DNA of 64,000 nucleotides, taken from positions 1 to 64,000 of the forward strand of contig CAUYUJ010000049.1 in assembly GCA_963575745.1 (NCBI GenBank), read 5' to 3'. Made by a program: the position numbers and the translations under genes. Shown here one piece after another: positions 53,160-64,000 of the stretch; the first letter of the stretch is position 1; every line of letters starts with the position of its first letter. The DNA comes from Prorocentrum cordatum (Eukaryota). The notes below the pieces were generated by a model, which saw only the letters and a list, made by a program, of their open reading frames with translations, made no database searches and was not told where the DNA came from.

Positions 53160-54592
53160 TCATTTTCCGTAATTATGAGTAAAAACTGTAATTATTTTCC
53201 CGTATTTCTGGAATTGTTTGCTTGGAATTCTTCGGGCTCTTTTCCTGAGAGTGATTTCTGCTTGTGGCGTGGGGCCCCTCAACGCATCCACCTTGGATTG
53301 CCACTCGTTGATCGGTGCCCTGGGATCCGGCGCAAAATTCCTCTGCAGCCGATGATAGCCAAGAACGTTCCAGGGGCCCCGCCCAAGGTAGGGCGGGTCG
53401 TCCTGGTCGCCACTTGCCGTAGTTGATCCCGCGCCAGGAGGTCCGCCTCCACCATCTCCCCCGGAGGGGTTACCCGAAGGCGGAACATCTCCCGAGGGAG
53501 AACCCCCCGACCCCGGCGGAGCCCCTCCACCGCCGGCTTGGCCGGGGGGAGAGCTACCGCCCGCCCCGCCACCAGCTTGTCCGGGCGGGGCAGCCGGGCC
53601 CGAGGCTGACCCGGCGGATGATCCGCCGGCAGCCGGACGACCGACACCAGGCTTGTCCAGCGAAGGCTGAGCGATGACAGCATCCGTCTGATGGCTCGCC
53701 GAATCGACTGAGTCGTTCGGGGCCTCTGTTGCCAAATGTAGCCTTTTGGCGGTGATTGCATCTCAGCCTCGCCGCCAAGTCCATCCTTCGCAAGCCAAGC
53801 ATCAAAATTGCATGGACGCGACCACGACGGTTGTTCCTTGCGCCAATGGATCGCCTGTTGGGGGGAGGTCTCAAAGTAATTTGTTCTGGCCGAAGGGGCG
53901 AGGGCCTCCTCAGCAACGCGCGCTGGCGTGTGAGATAAACCTTTGACGACAGGCAGGGTAAGTATCGTGCCCCAACCATCCCCACTGGCTGTGCCACGGG
54001 GAGGAGTTCGCGGTGGTGGGCCCCAAATGTTCAGCCGCAAATCTGGAGCGCCTTCTGGCCATGTGTCCCTTGCCAGGACGCTCGCAAAGTCCCCGTAGAT
54101 CGTCTTCCGCCGCACGGCTGGGCCAACGGCGGGGCCCACGACCTCTCCCTTTTCAAGAGTACGGACGGGGCGACGAGCCTCGCCCGGCGCATTTGCGCAC
54201 AACCTACAGACCAACCTCGTCATTTCATCTGGGTACGACTGAAAGAATGCACCCACGGGGATATGGTCTAGAGTTGGGGGGGGGGCACAATCGAAACGGC
54301 ACGTTGCCATTCTGTCGAACGTAGTCCAATGTGCGGTCCACGGATCTTGCGAGACATGAGAAAACAGGCGTTCAAAGATCGTATGTGATGTGTCGGCTAG
54401 GTCAGCCTTTGGCGCGGTAACGACTTGGTCGTTCCGTCTGTGTAATATGTCATGTCTCCACATCGTGAAACGCCAACTCCGTCCCCTTTTGCGAACAGAC
54501 TTGATGGTCCCCATGTGATTAGGCCTGGACCATTCTCTCTTTCTTATCAGGAAGGCAACGGGAGATGGGTTTCTCCTTTCGGGAGTTATCAT
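53160..54592 (-). CDS. Uncharacterised Copia cargo ORF, frameshifted, with a Gly/Pro-rich linker
   Basis: 437-aa and 191-aa overlapping frames directly after the methyltransferase-like ORF. Confidence 0.5.
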
Positions 54593-54610
54593 CTCCTTGA
54601 CCGGAGATGG

Positions 54611-56149
54611 CTACCCTCTTGGCAGACTGGCTGTCTTGGATAGCTTCTTCAGCAGCTCTTTTGCGAGCTGCGAAATCATTGCACCAGCCTCCATTTCGAT
54701 GTCTTTATTCATCACGGCATCGCTTGGGCTAAAAGGATTAGCCTCTTCCCCAGCCGGCTTGGGCGGCGGGGGGGCGTCCTCGCTCGGCTGGGCCGGTGGG
54801 GTAGCCTCTCGAATTGGGTTAGGAAGAACCTTTGCTTTGGGCTCAGCCTGGGGATCTCCCCTCTCAGGCGACTCGGGAGCGAGTTCGTCTATGATATCAT
54901 CCGAGCAAACCGAAGCCACGTCCTCCCGCGACGGCTTGGCCGCTGGGACTCCCAGCGGTTGGCACGTGGGTTTGGTCTGCGATCTCTCGGGCGCGCGGGG
55001 GCCGCGGCAGGCGAAGCTCGCGCGTCCGCATCGAGGCGGCGACGCGATCCGAGGCGGGGCCGCCCGCAGGGCAGCCCGCGCAAGCTCTGGAGACGAAACG
55101 GCAGCGGCACATGCGAAGTCAGAGGATAGGAAGGGACGACGACGGGGCGACACAACGCGCTCCGCAGCACGAGCAGCAACAATATGAACTTGTTCGGCAA
55201 AGGCGTCCGTATAATCCTCGGCAAGCTTGCGCTCGCGTCCTCTGGCCTCAACATGCTCGTGCGCACCGTCACATCTGCGCTCAAGTCCCTCCGTCGCGTC
55301 AGGGGACGTGGAAGCTATCGTCCAAGGCTTTTTCATGAAATTACCCTTACTGTCCCTCAATCCGTATGCACATCCATGCAACGCTGTCTTGACAAGCTCT
55401 AACTCTCTCATGAATTCTTTGACCTGAGGATGCCTCCAATAATTACACTGAGTCGACCACTCAATGCAAACGATGCCCCCCGTTGCGCGCGCAGCGCGGG
55501 CAATCTCTCGGACAATCCAAAACAGATATCTAAAATCTGTCCTAATACCACGAAGCCTACGCATCGCTCTATGGTTTCCGGCACGAAAGTAATGTGCCTC
55601 GTCCACATACTGCCAGAGGGAACCTCCCGAACAGGACATTGAGCCCCATAACGTAATGTTTTTTCCTTTGAACGTTTTAATATCATTCAAAGCCAACCTT
55701 CTTCCCTCATCAGTCCTCATATATTCTGTCTCGGTGTATCGAATTATCCTACACGAATTATCAACAACATTCTTTTGATTTCCTATCTTGATCTGAGGAC
55801 CACAACAATATTCTAACAAGAGTCTCTCCCAGGTCCACTGTGTGGCCAGGGCGCAATCTTCCCGGATCCCAAATTCTGTCCATCCAGTCCATCTACTTGG
55901 ACGATAATCGCCATCGCTGGAATCGCCGGTCGAGTTCTGCTCAAACGGGTGATGATACTTACTATCTTCGTCGCGCCAAGTATCCGTGCGGTCTATAGTC
56001 ATACCATGCTGGGTATCAGCGGCATAAGTGCGACGCCTATTATCTAGTCTGTCCAGGTCGATCGGGCAAGCAGTACTTACTGGCATAAACGTGACAAGTC
56101 TAGGAACGAAGTGCCATCGTTTCAAACTCTGTCCATGTTGTGTCCACAT
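54611..56149 (-). CDS. Copia-borne ORF with a cytosine-methyltransferase-like domain (about 55170-55790)
   Basis: LLEYCCG (motif I-like), LWGSMSCSGGSLWQ (IV-like), IEWSTQCNYW (VI-like), HGCAYGL..KKPW (VIII-like) and RCDGAHEH..AEDYT..FA. Preceded by a W..RWH..PR..F.P..R.T..D.W..WTGWTEF module. Confidence 0.68.
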   Translation of the reverse strand: MWTQHGQSLKRWHFVPRLVTFMPVSTACPIDLDRLDNRRRTYAADTQHGMTIDRTDTWRDEDSKYHHPFEQNSTGDSSDGDYRPSRWTGWTEFGIREDCALATQWTWERLLLEYCCGPQIKIGNQKNVVDNSCRIIRYTETEYMRTDEGRRLALNDIKTFKGKNITLWGSMSCSGGSLWQYVDEAHYFRAGNHRAMRRLRGIRTDFRYLFWIVREIARAARATGGIVCIEWSTQCNYWRHPQVKEFMRELELVKTALHGCAYGLRDSKGNFMKKPWTIASTSPDATEGLERRCDGAHEHVEARGRERKLAEDYTDAFAEQVHIVAARAAERVVSPRRRPFLSSDFACAAAVSSPELARAALRAAPPRIASPPRCGRASFACRGPRAPERSQTKPTCQPLGVPAAKPSREDVASVCSDDIIDELAPESPERGDPQAEPKAKVLPNPIREATPPAQPSEDAPPPPKPAGEEANPFSPSDAVMNKDIEMEAGAMISQLAKELLKKLSKTASLPRG

Positions 56150-56769
56150 ATCCGTTTTATCCTGGAAATTAGCAACAGCAGCAGGAGGGAGATGAGGAAG
56201 GAGGAGGTTGTAGCCAGGCAGTTATTCTCTATACTCGGCCGGCTACTTACTTGAACGTTCTTCGCGCATTTCTTTTGACAAGATTGATGTATCAGATTCG
56301 GTTCCACTGTCGGTCATATCAAACATTGCTCTCATCTCACGATCGGGGCTTTCCTTGGTTATCTCCTCTATCGCTCTGGCTTTCTCGGAGCTTATTCTGA
56401 AACCTTCCTCGGTCATAATGAGAGTGATTGCGCCTGCTTCCGCGGCTTTGCCGGGCGCATTATTCGCCACCGCAGCTTGGCCAGGAGCGTTTGCCACCGC
56501 GGCTTTGCCGGGGGCAGCCTCGGTTCCAGCCGGGCGTTGCGCGCCGCCAGGTGCCGCTGAGGTATTTATGGGCATCGAAGAATGCACAGCGGGCTTGCCC
56601 TTGTTGGGGCGCTTCTTCTTCTTGTTTATCTTTTTGCTAGGTGCAACAGCTCCTCTCCGCAAAACCGAACACGGGCCTTAGCGGGGCTCCCCCCCCCCCC
56701 CCCCCCCCGGGTTTCAAGGGAAGTCCGTTTGAAAACGTCGCATCTAGGTAGTCCTGGTACTGCTTGGCG

Positions 56770-57275
56770 GTCGCAAATTTAGGATTCACAATGTTGGCAA
56801 GGTACAAAACTTTAACCCAAGCCAAAGGGTCTGTGAACCTCTTTGTTCCGATGTCTGCAGCTTCGCCGCGGGCCCTTGCGTGCTGAAGTTCGACGATTCC
56901 GAGGGAAAATTGTTCGGACACAGCTGCAGCGTCAATGCGATGGGTTCTAGGTAGATGCACGAGCTTCATGGACCCTCCAGTTTTGATGACTGATGACTTT
57001 ACACACTGCCGGGTTATCCTCTAGGAATAAACAACGCATGTCCGTCCCAAGCAGTATTTCCCAAAGCGGAAGTGCTGCAAGCAGCTCTTTTCGTAAGGCA
57101 AGGTCAGCAGCCACAATGTCTGCCTCAAGGGTGCTATGGGAAACACATGTCTGTCGCTGTGATCCCATAGACTGCCCAGCTCTAGTGCACGGGCCCCGAA
57201 TTGCTTGATAACTTGCGCCTGCGCCCCATGTGTTCTGATGTCACTGGCCAGGTCCGCGTCAGAGTATTGCTTAAA
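56770..57275 (-). pseudogene. Copia RNase H
   Basis: YSDADLASD, VSHSTLEADIVA, EDN.A, RTHRID and ADIGTK; frameshifted. Confidence 0.88.
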
Positions 57276-58780
57276 CCAGACATCCTCCATCTTATCACCT
57301 ACCCATGAGGACATGCGGTAGTGAGATGTACACTTGATGTAACAGATGAGGCGGAAGAGATCCATGTCTTGTTGCTCTGTCCATTTGGCAATGCAGCTGG
57401 CCGTGTGACACGCGCCACGGGGCAAGTCATATCGAGCCATTCGTGCCCCGTAAAGAGTCTTCATCAAGACTTTTGCCGCTATGGGCTGGAGCACTCTCGA
57501 CTGGGTCGGTGGCCCCGGGTCGTTGGGGCTAGCCGCTGCGGCACCAAGACCGTGAACTTCGATTTCCTGATCTGGTTGCCCCACGTCAACTTTGATCTGC
57601 AACGCTGAGGCTATGACCTCCTCTGCAGGAGAGCATATTTCACCTCTAGGGCCGCCTTGGCCGTCTTCGAGATCAGTGAGTTCAGGGCCGAATGGGGTGC
57701 CCGCAGCAGGATATGTAGCTGAGTCAGTATCCGTGAGTTGTGCATAGAATGTGACACAGGACTCGAACAAGTCAGTCATATCGTATTCTGTTACTCTGAC
57801 CTGTCTGGGTTCTCTCGGTTGGTATGGCTCGGACGGCTGGGCCGCCGAATCACCCCCCGTTTCCTCCTCGCTACTCTCGTCTGGGACGGAGGCGTTCTTC
57901 TTGACCTTAGGAGGCGGCGGGTCCAAAACCGCGGGCGACTCACCTTGCCATTCAACCAGCTGTGTAGAAAGTCTGTGCTCGCAACCCAAATATCGTCCGA
58001 CAGCGGTCGGGGGGTATATTTCTATACCTTTAGGGCAGTTGTCAGAGGGGGCTTGTAGTACTTTCCACCCTTCAGCAAGCTTGTCTGCAGGGCCAGGCAG
58101 CTTATAATCATCAACGTAGATTATAAGGAAAAGCTTCAGCTCCTTATGAGAATAGCAACTGCGCCACGGGGTGCACTTTACAACTCCTTTTGCCGTTGCA
58201 TGCCCTTCGCAGTGGTGTTCCCAGTATCCCCCCGAATCGGGGTGCCCATACAACGACAGATATAATGGGCATACGGGATTGCGCATATGCGACTATTCTT
58301 TGGGCCATTCATCACGGGGTAGGAATGCCCACGTATGGGGTGCCGCCCAACTTTGACTGAGTATAAGCTTGACGGGCATCCGCTTGTTCAATACCATGGC
58401 CTTCAAACAGTCCGTAAGCGTCAACTGCTTTGCTGGCCTGCATTGTAGCAGGGCTGCTGGGAAGTTCTCGGAACAACGCTACATCCTTATTTTGGCCCCT
58501 CTACACTCGATCAGTCGAAAACTACTCGCCCTTTGCATGTCCGATCTTTGTGTCCGAGTGGCAACTCTGACTTTTCTCTACAAGGATTGCAAACAAACGC
58601 CCAAAATGAGCGGTCTGTCCATTTAGTTCCGCTACAACATCGGAGTATTCATTTACGCCTTTCTCGCTCAAGTGGCAATGTCTCGCAACCTATTCCATTA
58701 TTTTCTCAGGGCGGCCTGGGCGTCTTGATTCACCTTAGCCTCATCTTTGGAAACGGATCGAGCCACGGCGGCATCAACCT
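57276..58780 (-). pseudogene. Copia reverse transcriptase
   Basis: QADARQAYTQ, LYGHPDSGGYW, IYVDD and YLGCEH; contains in-frame stops and frameshifts. Confidence 0.92.
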
Positions 58781-60049
58781 TGGCATGTTGCCATTTGCTA
58801 GGAGGTTGGAAGGGCTCGTCCACAACTGAAATGACATATGTAAAAGGGTTGTAAAAAGACTGCAAATCAAATCTCTCTTTTTCGCGATGACTGGGCACTG
58901 GGGCCGAGCTACTCTGCAATGGCATCCGAGGCACGCTTCGCCGCGACGCGGCGGCCGACGGGCTCGAGGTCAGGCTTGCCTCTGATGTTTCCTCAGAGTC
59001 ATCATCGGATAACGGGCCCCTACCGGCTGGGCCGGAGGGGGCCCCGTCGCGTGCGATGGCGCCACCGTGCCATGTTTGCTTCCACCAAACATCCTCGTCA
59101 TCCGAAATGCATTCGTCGGAATTGCTGTCCTCAGAAGATTCGGCAGCTGCAGCTGCGGCTTGGCCGCCCTGTGCTTCCAATCGGCGAAGCCGCTCAGCAA
59201 CCCACGGTGAGGCTCTTCTTGCCTTAGGATGTGTCGCAAGATAGGCAGCAGTCTCCTCAGGGACCGGAGGGACCGCAGGTGGCTGGGACACTGCGGGCTC
59301 GGGCGGAGTCGGCGGGTCGCCCACGTCCAAGCCATGTCGCGCAGGAGGCCAAGACAAAGACCTGGATCTTCTATGGCAAAGAAACCTCTCTTTTCGGCCT
59401 TGCATTGCTCAACGGCCTGCCTACGTTGGGCTTGATTCACGTTGAACCAGCGTCCGAGATGAACTCCAGGGTTGGTGGATTCAGGCAATTTCTTCAACCA
59501 TTGGGCACCGTATTTAGTACCTGGGTCAGTTACGCATATTCGGGTCACGGGAACATAGTCAGGGTCGCAATAGAGCACCACTCGTATGCTGCACGTCTTC
59601 CGACGGCCTGTCAACGGGAGCTGTTGTGTCGATTCTTCTTTCGTCAGGCCGACGACTATACGCCTGTCTTCAAAATATTCCATAATATCAAGGTTCTGTG
59701 TTGCACGAGCAAGAAGCTGACCTTTCCCTGGGACCTCCCCACGCGGCTTGGCCGCTGAGAAACTCGGTTGTCGATCCAAGCGGTGCTCAATGCGTGCGAG
59801 ACCCAACTTCTTGTCTTTATCTTCGCCTGGGTGAGAGTCTCGCTGGGGGTCCCGACCATCAATCACCGCGGGCTCGTCATCCACACATAGACCCCCCGGA
59901 CCGTCGCCATCATCGGAATCGGCCTCGGAGTCTCGCAGTGGAGCGCCCTCGCCTTCTCGAGTAGGCGGTGGCGCGATAATGGCGGGCTCCTCTGCGCCAA
60001 ACAGATTGTCAGGTCGTACTCCTGTCTCCTGCCGCGGCCCGTCTGGGAC

Positions 60050-61030
60050 GGCCGCGGCCTCTCCTTCGGGAGGTATTGTGACGGAGCGCACCTCGGTCAT
60101 TGCCTGCCCGCGCGCCTGTCAAGGGAAACTGAGGAGAGTGATCTTCGGCAGTGCCGTCCAACTTGTTGCTGTATACTTGATCAGACTTCTCTTGGTGGGT
60201 CGCTTGCCCTGGGGCGTGCGCCCTGACTCCATATTAGGTCCGTCCAGTTGTCTCAACGGCACGACGTAACTCTCTGGGCCAACCATGCCCCCCGCTTTGT
60301 GCACATACCCCAGGTATATCCCTGGGCTCATTGCGCCTCCAGTCTTGGCTGTTCTAAGTCTTGACTCTGGCGGGGGTACATGGCGTGCGAGGGGCCCGAA
60401 GGGGGGAAGCGGGGCCTCGAACGTGTGTCCGAAGCGGCGTTCCCAGCTGGACTTCCCCTCTTCAGGGGTCCTGGCATTGTAACAAAGACCAAAGCATCGG
60501 ACGGCATGTCGAATATGGTGGCGGGAGGCCCGCCTGCATAAGCAGCGCTCTGGCCCCCATCTCTACCACGCCGTTCGCGCGCTCTGCGACAGCGTTTTGT
60601 TTCTCATTTCCTGGGATTGTAGGATCATGTGCAATCTTGAGCTCGTAACATGCCCTTGCAAGCTCACGTGCACCATCAATGTAACAATGCTCTAACTTCT
60701 CTCCCGGGGCTTTGAGGTTTACTAAAAAGTTACAAGCATGAACCGCCGACTTGTCGCGCACACCCTGAGCGGCAAGGAAATCCGCTGCTCGGTCGCGGAA
60801 AGCCACGCACGCGGTCTCATCGTGGAGCCCCCGCGAGAGTTCATCCATCGCAAACCAATGGTCCACCGTCGTCAGGTGTCCGAGCGAAGTGGGGTTAGCG
60901 TATGGGCGGGGAACCTTCAGCCCTTTGTTGCGCGCTTTGCGCTGCTGTTTTCTGACAGCTTTGGCCCAATTGCATACTGAGCAATATGGGCTCTTGGGAG
61001 TATGAGTTAGGAGATGCGGCAGGGAGGCTG
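60050..61030 (-). pseudogene. Copia integrase, copy 1
   Basis: HLLTHTPKSPYCSVC zinc motif, TVDH, YIDGAREL, QNAVAER and PGIYLGY; frameshifted. Confidence 0.88.
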
Positions 61031-61559
61031 CGGCCGTTTTGAGCCGCTCGGCAAGGGAACCCGACGCCTCAACCTCTGCATCCTCTGGGTCTGGTTCTGG
61101 CGGTGCGTCGACGTCGACCAAGTCGACGCCGCCAGAGTCTCCAACTTCCCCCTCCTCGGGCCCGGGGGCAGCGTCGCGCGCGCTGGAATCCAACCCTCGA
61201 TCCATTTCATAGGGGAAGTATCCTGAGACCCCATGCCAACCAAGGCTCTTATATGCGGCTGCGCAGGCCTCGGCTTTGCCGGGCTGCTCGTTGCTCTGAC
61301 CAACGGCTTGGCCGCGGCAGGGCAAAGCTGAGAGACGTTCGGAGGCGGCGATGCCAGTCGGTGTCCGACTCCAACCGCTTTCGCTAGCCTTGCAAGGCGA
61401 CTAATAGAAATAGGTGATGGTATCCGCAGAGTCTACAGAGGACGGAAAAACGCGCGCTAACTCAGTCGGCCGTCCGTCCACGTAGCTGTGGTTACCAATC
61501 AGCTCATGTGCATGCAGGTCTATGGTCGCGCGAGTCTGAACAGCATGGGGCGGAGGGCC

Positions 61560-62020
61560 CCCCGCTCATTCCGCGCTGTCCAGAAATGCCTTGGCGCCTG
61601 GCGTCACGCAACACCACCGCTCGGGAGGTTCACTCTCCCCAGCGGCAACCGCGCACATCCACCGACCCAGCGCCTCTTTGCCTGAAAGGGTAAAGTATGG
61701 CATCTTGCCCTCAACGGCCAAGTCCACTCTTTGACCCCAAGAAAAACTAAAGCCGTGATCCATGCACCGCTCTCCTACCGAGATCGCGCACGGGGTCTCC
61801 GGCATGGCCAAAGCGTTACAACTACCACCCTTAAAGTTGGGGCATGCGATGCGAGAAGGACCCAAGGGCTTTTGACTCTCCCCTGGCAGTATTCAGAGTG
61901 ATCGATTGCGGAAGCTTCCGAATCAATCTCATTGACCTGCACTTTTAATATACTTGTCCGCTATGAGGTTGTACCCACACCCTGTATCGATGATAAAGCT
62001 CAGTGCTCCAAGATACGCAG
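61560..62020 (-). pseudogene. Retroviral-type aspartic protease
   Basis: FIIDTGCGYNLI (about 61960-62000), then TPCAISVGERCMDHGFSFSW. Confidence 0.82.
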
Positions 62021-62663
62021 CATCCTTCTCTGTGCACCCCGCAGCGGCTGTGCCGCGTGGGCCCTCTTCCCCCTCCTCGGTCCTCAGCCAGAGGTGCCAG
62101 ACTTCATCTTGTAGGTCTGACGCCCTGATCAGGGCCTCCGCAGCAGACGCCCTCGACTGAGTAGACATCTGTCGGCGCATCTCTCCTGGGAACTTCCACC
62201 TGTCTTTGTCACTCGAGGGCAACTCTTTCAGGTCGTGGCGACGCGCCTTCCTGCAAGTGATGGCGGGCTCCTCAGTAGAGGGGTGAAATCGGACGCGGAA
62301 TTTGCATCGACCCTTCGTCTGAGATCGGATGCAACTTTTACTAGGAGGGGCGCTCCAGCACAGCTTGATAGCGTCCCGAGAAAGAGGATGCAAGAAGTTC
62401 GCAAGGATATTTGCAAGATTTTTCGCTTGCCCCCGGCATTCGTGGTGAAACGTTCCACAGGAGGGATTCCTGTCTCCTCGCCCGCTAGAATATATAGAGG
62501 CCTTTGAAAAATGAGGGCCGGCCTGCTTCTGCCCAGGAAGGCCCCGAGCTAACGGGGCGGGGCACGCAATGGTACCCAAGCTGACTAGGTCAGTGGATAC
62601 CTTCCTCTCCCCCCGCTTTCGGTTTGACCGACGCGGGCGTCGCCGCGTCCACCGAGCGAGGAA

Positions 62664-64000
62664 GATCCAAGCGGTGCTCAATGTGTGCGAGACCCAACTT
62701 ATTGTCTTTATCTTCGCCTGGGTGAGAGTCTCGCTGGGGGTCCCGACCATCAATCACCGCAGGCTCGTCATCCACGCATAGACCCCCTGGACCGTCGTCA
62801 TCATCGGAATCGGCCTCGGAGTCTCGTAGTGGAGCGCCCTCGCCTTCTCGAGGAGGCGGTGGCGTGATGATGGCGGGCTCCTCTGCGCCAAACAGATTGT
62901 CAGGTCGCACTCCTGTCTCCTGCCGCGGCCCGTCTGGGACGGCCGCGGCCTCTCCTTCAGGATGTATTGTGACGGAGCGCACCTCGGTCATTGCCTGCCC
63001 GTACGCCTGTCTCAAGGGAAACTGAAGAGAGTGATCTTCCGCAGCGCCGTCCAACTTGTTGCTGTATACTTGATCAGACTTCTCTATGGTGGGTCGCTTG
63101 CCCTGGGGCGTGCGCCCTGACTCCATATTAAGTCCGTCCAGTTGTCTCAACGGCGCGACGTAACTCTCTGGGCCAACCATGCCCCCCGCTTTGGGCACAT
63201 ACCCCAGGTATATCCCTGGGATCACTGCGCCTCCAGTCTTGGCTGTTCTAAATCTTGATTCTGGCGGGGGCACATGGCGTGCGAGGGGCCCGAAGGGTAG
63301 AAGCGGGGCCTCGAACGTGTGTCCGAAGCGGCGTTCCCAGCTGGACTTCCCTTCTTCAGGGGTCCTGGCATTGTAGCAAAGACCAAAGTATCGGACGGCA
63401 TGTCCAATATTTTGGCGGGAGGCCCGCCTGCATAAGCAGCGCTCTGGCCCCCATCTGTACCACGCCGTTCGCGCGCTCTGCGACAGCGTTTTGTTTCTCA
63501 TTTCCTGGGATGGTAGGATCATGTGCAATCTTGAGCTCGTAACATGCCCTTGCAAGCTCACGCGCACCATCAGCGTAACAATGCTCTAACTTCTCTCCCG
63601 GGGTTTTTAGGTTTACGAAAAAGTTACAAGCATGAACCGCCGACTTGTCGCGCAAACCCTGAGCGGCAAGGAAATTCGTTGCTCGGTCGCGGAAAGCCAC
63701 GCACGCGGTCTCATCGCGGAGCCCCCGCGAGAGTTCATCCATCGCAAACCAATGGTCCATCGTCGTCAGGTGTCCGAGCGAAGTGGGGTTAGCGTATGGG
63801 CGGGGAACCTTCAGCCCTTTGTTGCGCGCTTTGCGCGGCTGTTTTCTGGCAGCTTTGGCCCAATTGCATACTGAGCAATATGGGCTCTTGGGAGTATGAG
63901 TTAGGAGATGCGGCAGGGAGGCTGCGGCCGTTTTGAGCCGCTGGGCAAGGGAACCCGACGCCTCAACCTCTGCATCCTCTGGGTCTGGTTCTGGCGGCGC
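62664..64000 (-). repeat. Diverged duplicate of 59773-61106 (integrase copy 2)
   Basis: Colinear match at an offset of 2891-2894 bp, starting at GATCCAAGCGGTGCTCAATG and running to the window end. Confidence 0.97.

Larger units (their letters stand above)
53100..64000 (-). mobile_element. Decayed Ty1/Copia LTR retrotransposon internal region with extra 3' ORFs; runs off the window end
   Basis: PR-IN-RT-RNase H order on the minus strand, with many frameshifts and stops. Confidence 0.92.

Noticed and set aside
56685..56710. Poly-G tract after RNase H as the terminal PPT
   Set aside because: Followed by more coding cargo rather than an LTR; at most an internal or ancestral PPT.

Overview
Eukaryotic, GC-rich, repeat-dominated window, very likely from a dinoflagellate genome (inferred from GC-AG/GA-AG introns and near-matches to the dinoflagellate spliced leader DCCGTAGCCATTTTGGCTCAAG). 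It is mostly nested mobile DNA, with almost all coding sequence on the minus strand. (1) A decayed Zator-like transposase relic at about 0.9-1.9 kb. (2) A 1.5 kb non-autonomous hAT-type element (5359-6860; TIRs plus 8-bp TSD) inserted in a putative LTR. (3) A frameshifted, intron-less polyprotein region of about 8.5 kb (7.2-15.6 kb) with SGNH-like, ADP-ribosyltransferase-like and Tpt1/KptA-like domains. (4) A block of about 35 kb (16-51 kb) of co-oriented intron-rich genes: a hAT-like DDE transposase, Pro-rich/WW ORFs, a DNMT5-like cytosine methyltransferase and a large Cys-motif protein. (5) A 9 kb APE-RT LINE (26126-35082; 7-bp TSD GCATGTG) that splits an exon of that methyltransferase and carries four extra 3' ORFs, three of them preceded by spliced-leader-like motifs. 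(6) A decayed Ty1/Copia element (53-64 kb) with a 2.9 kb tandem internal duplication and a second, unrelated cytosine-methyltransferase-like domain after RNase H. All domain calls were made by eye from motifs; no database searches were run. Most short ORFs in the track are artefacts of low-complexity GC-rich DNA.
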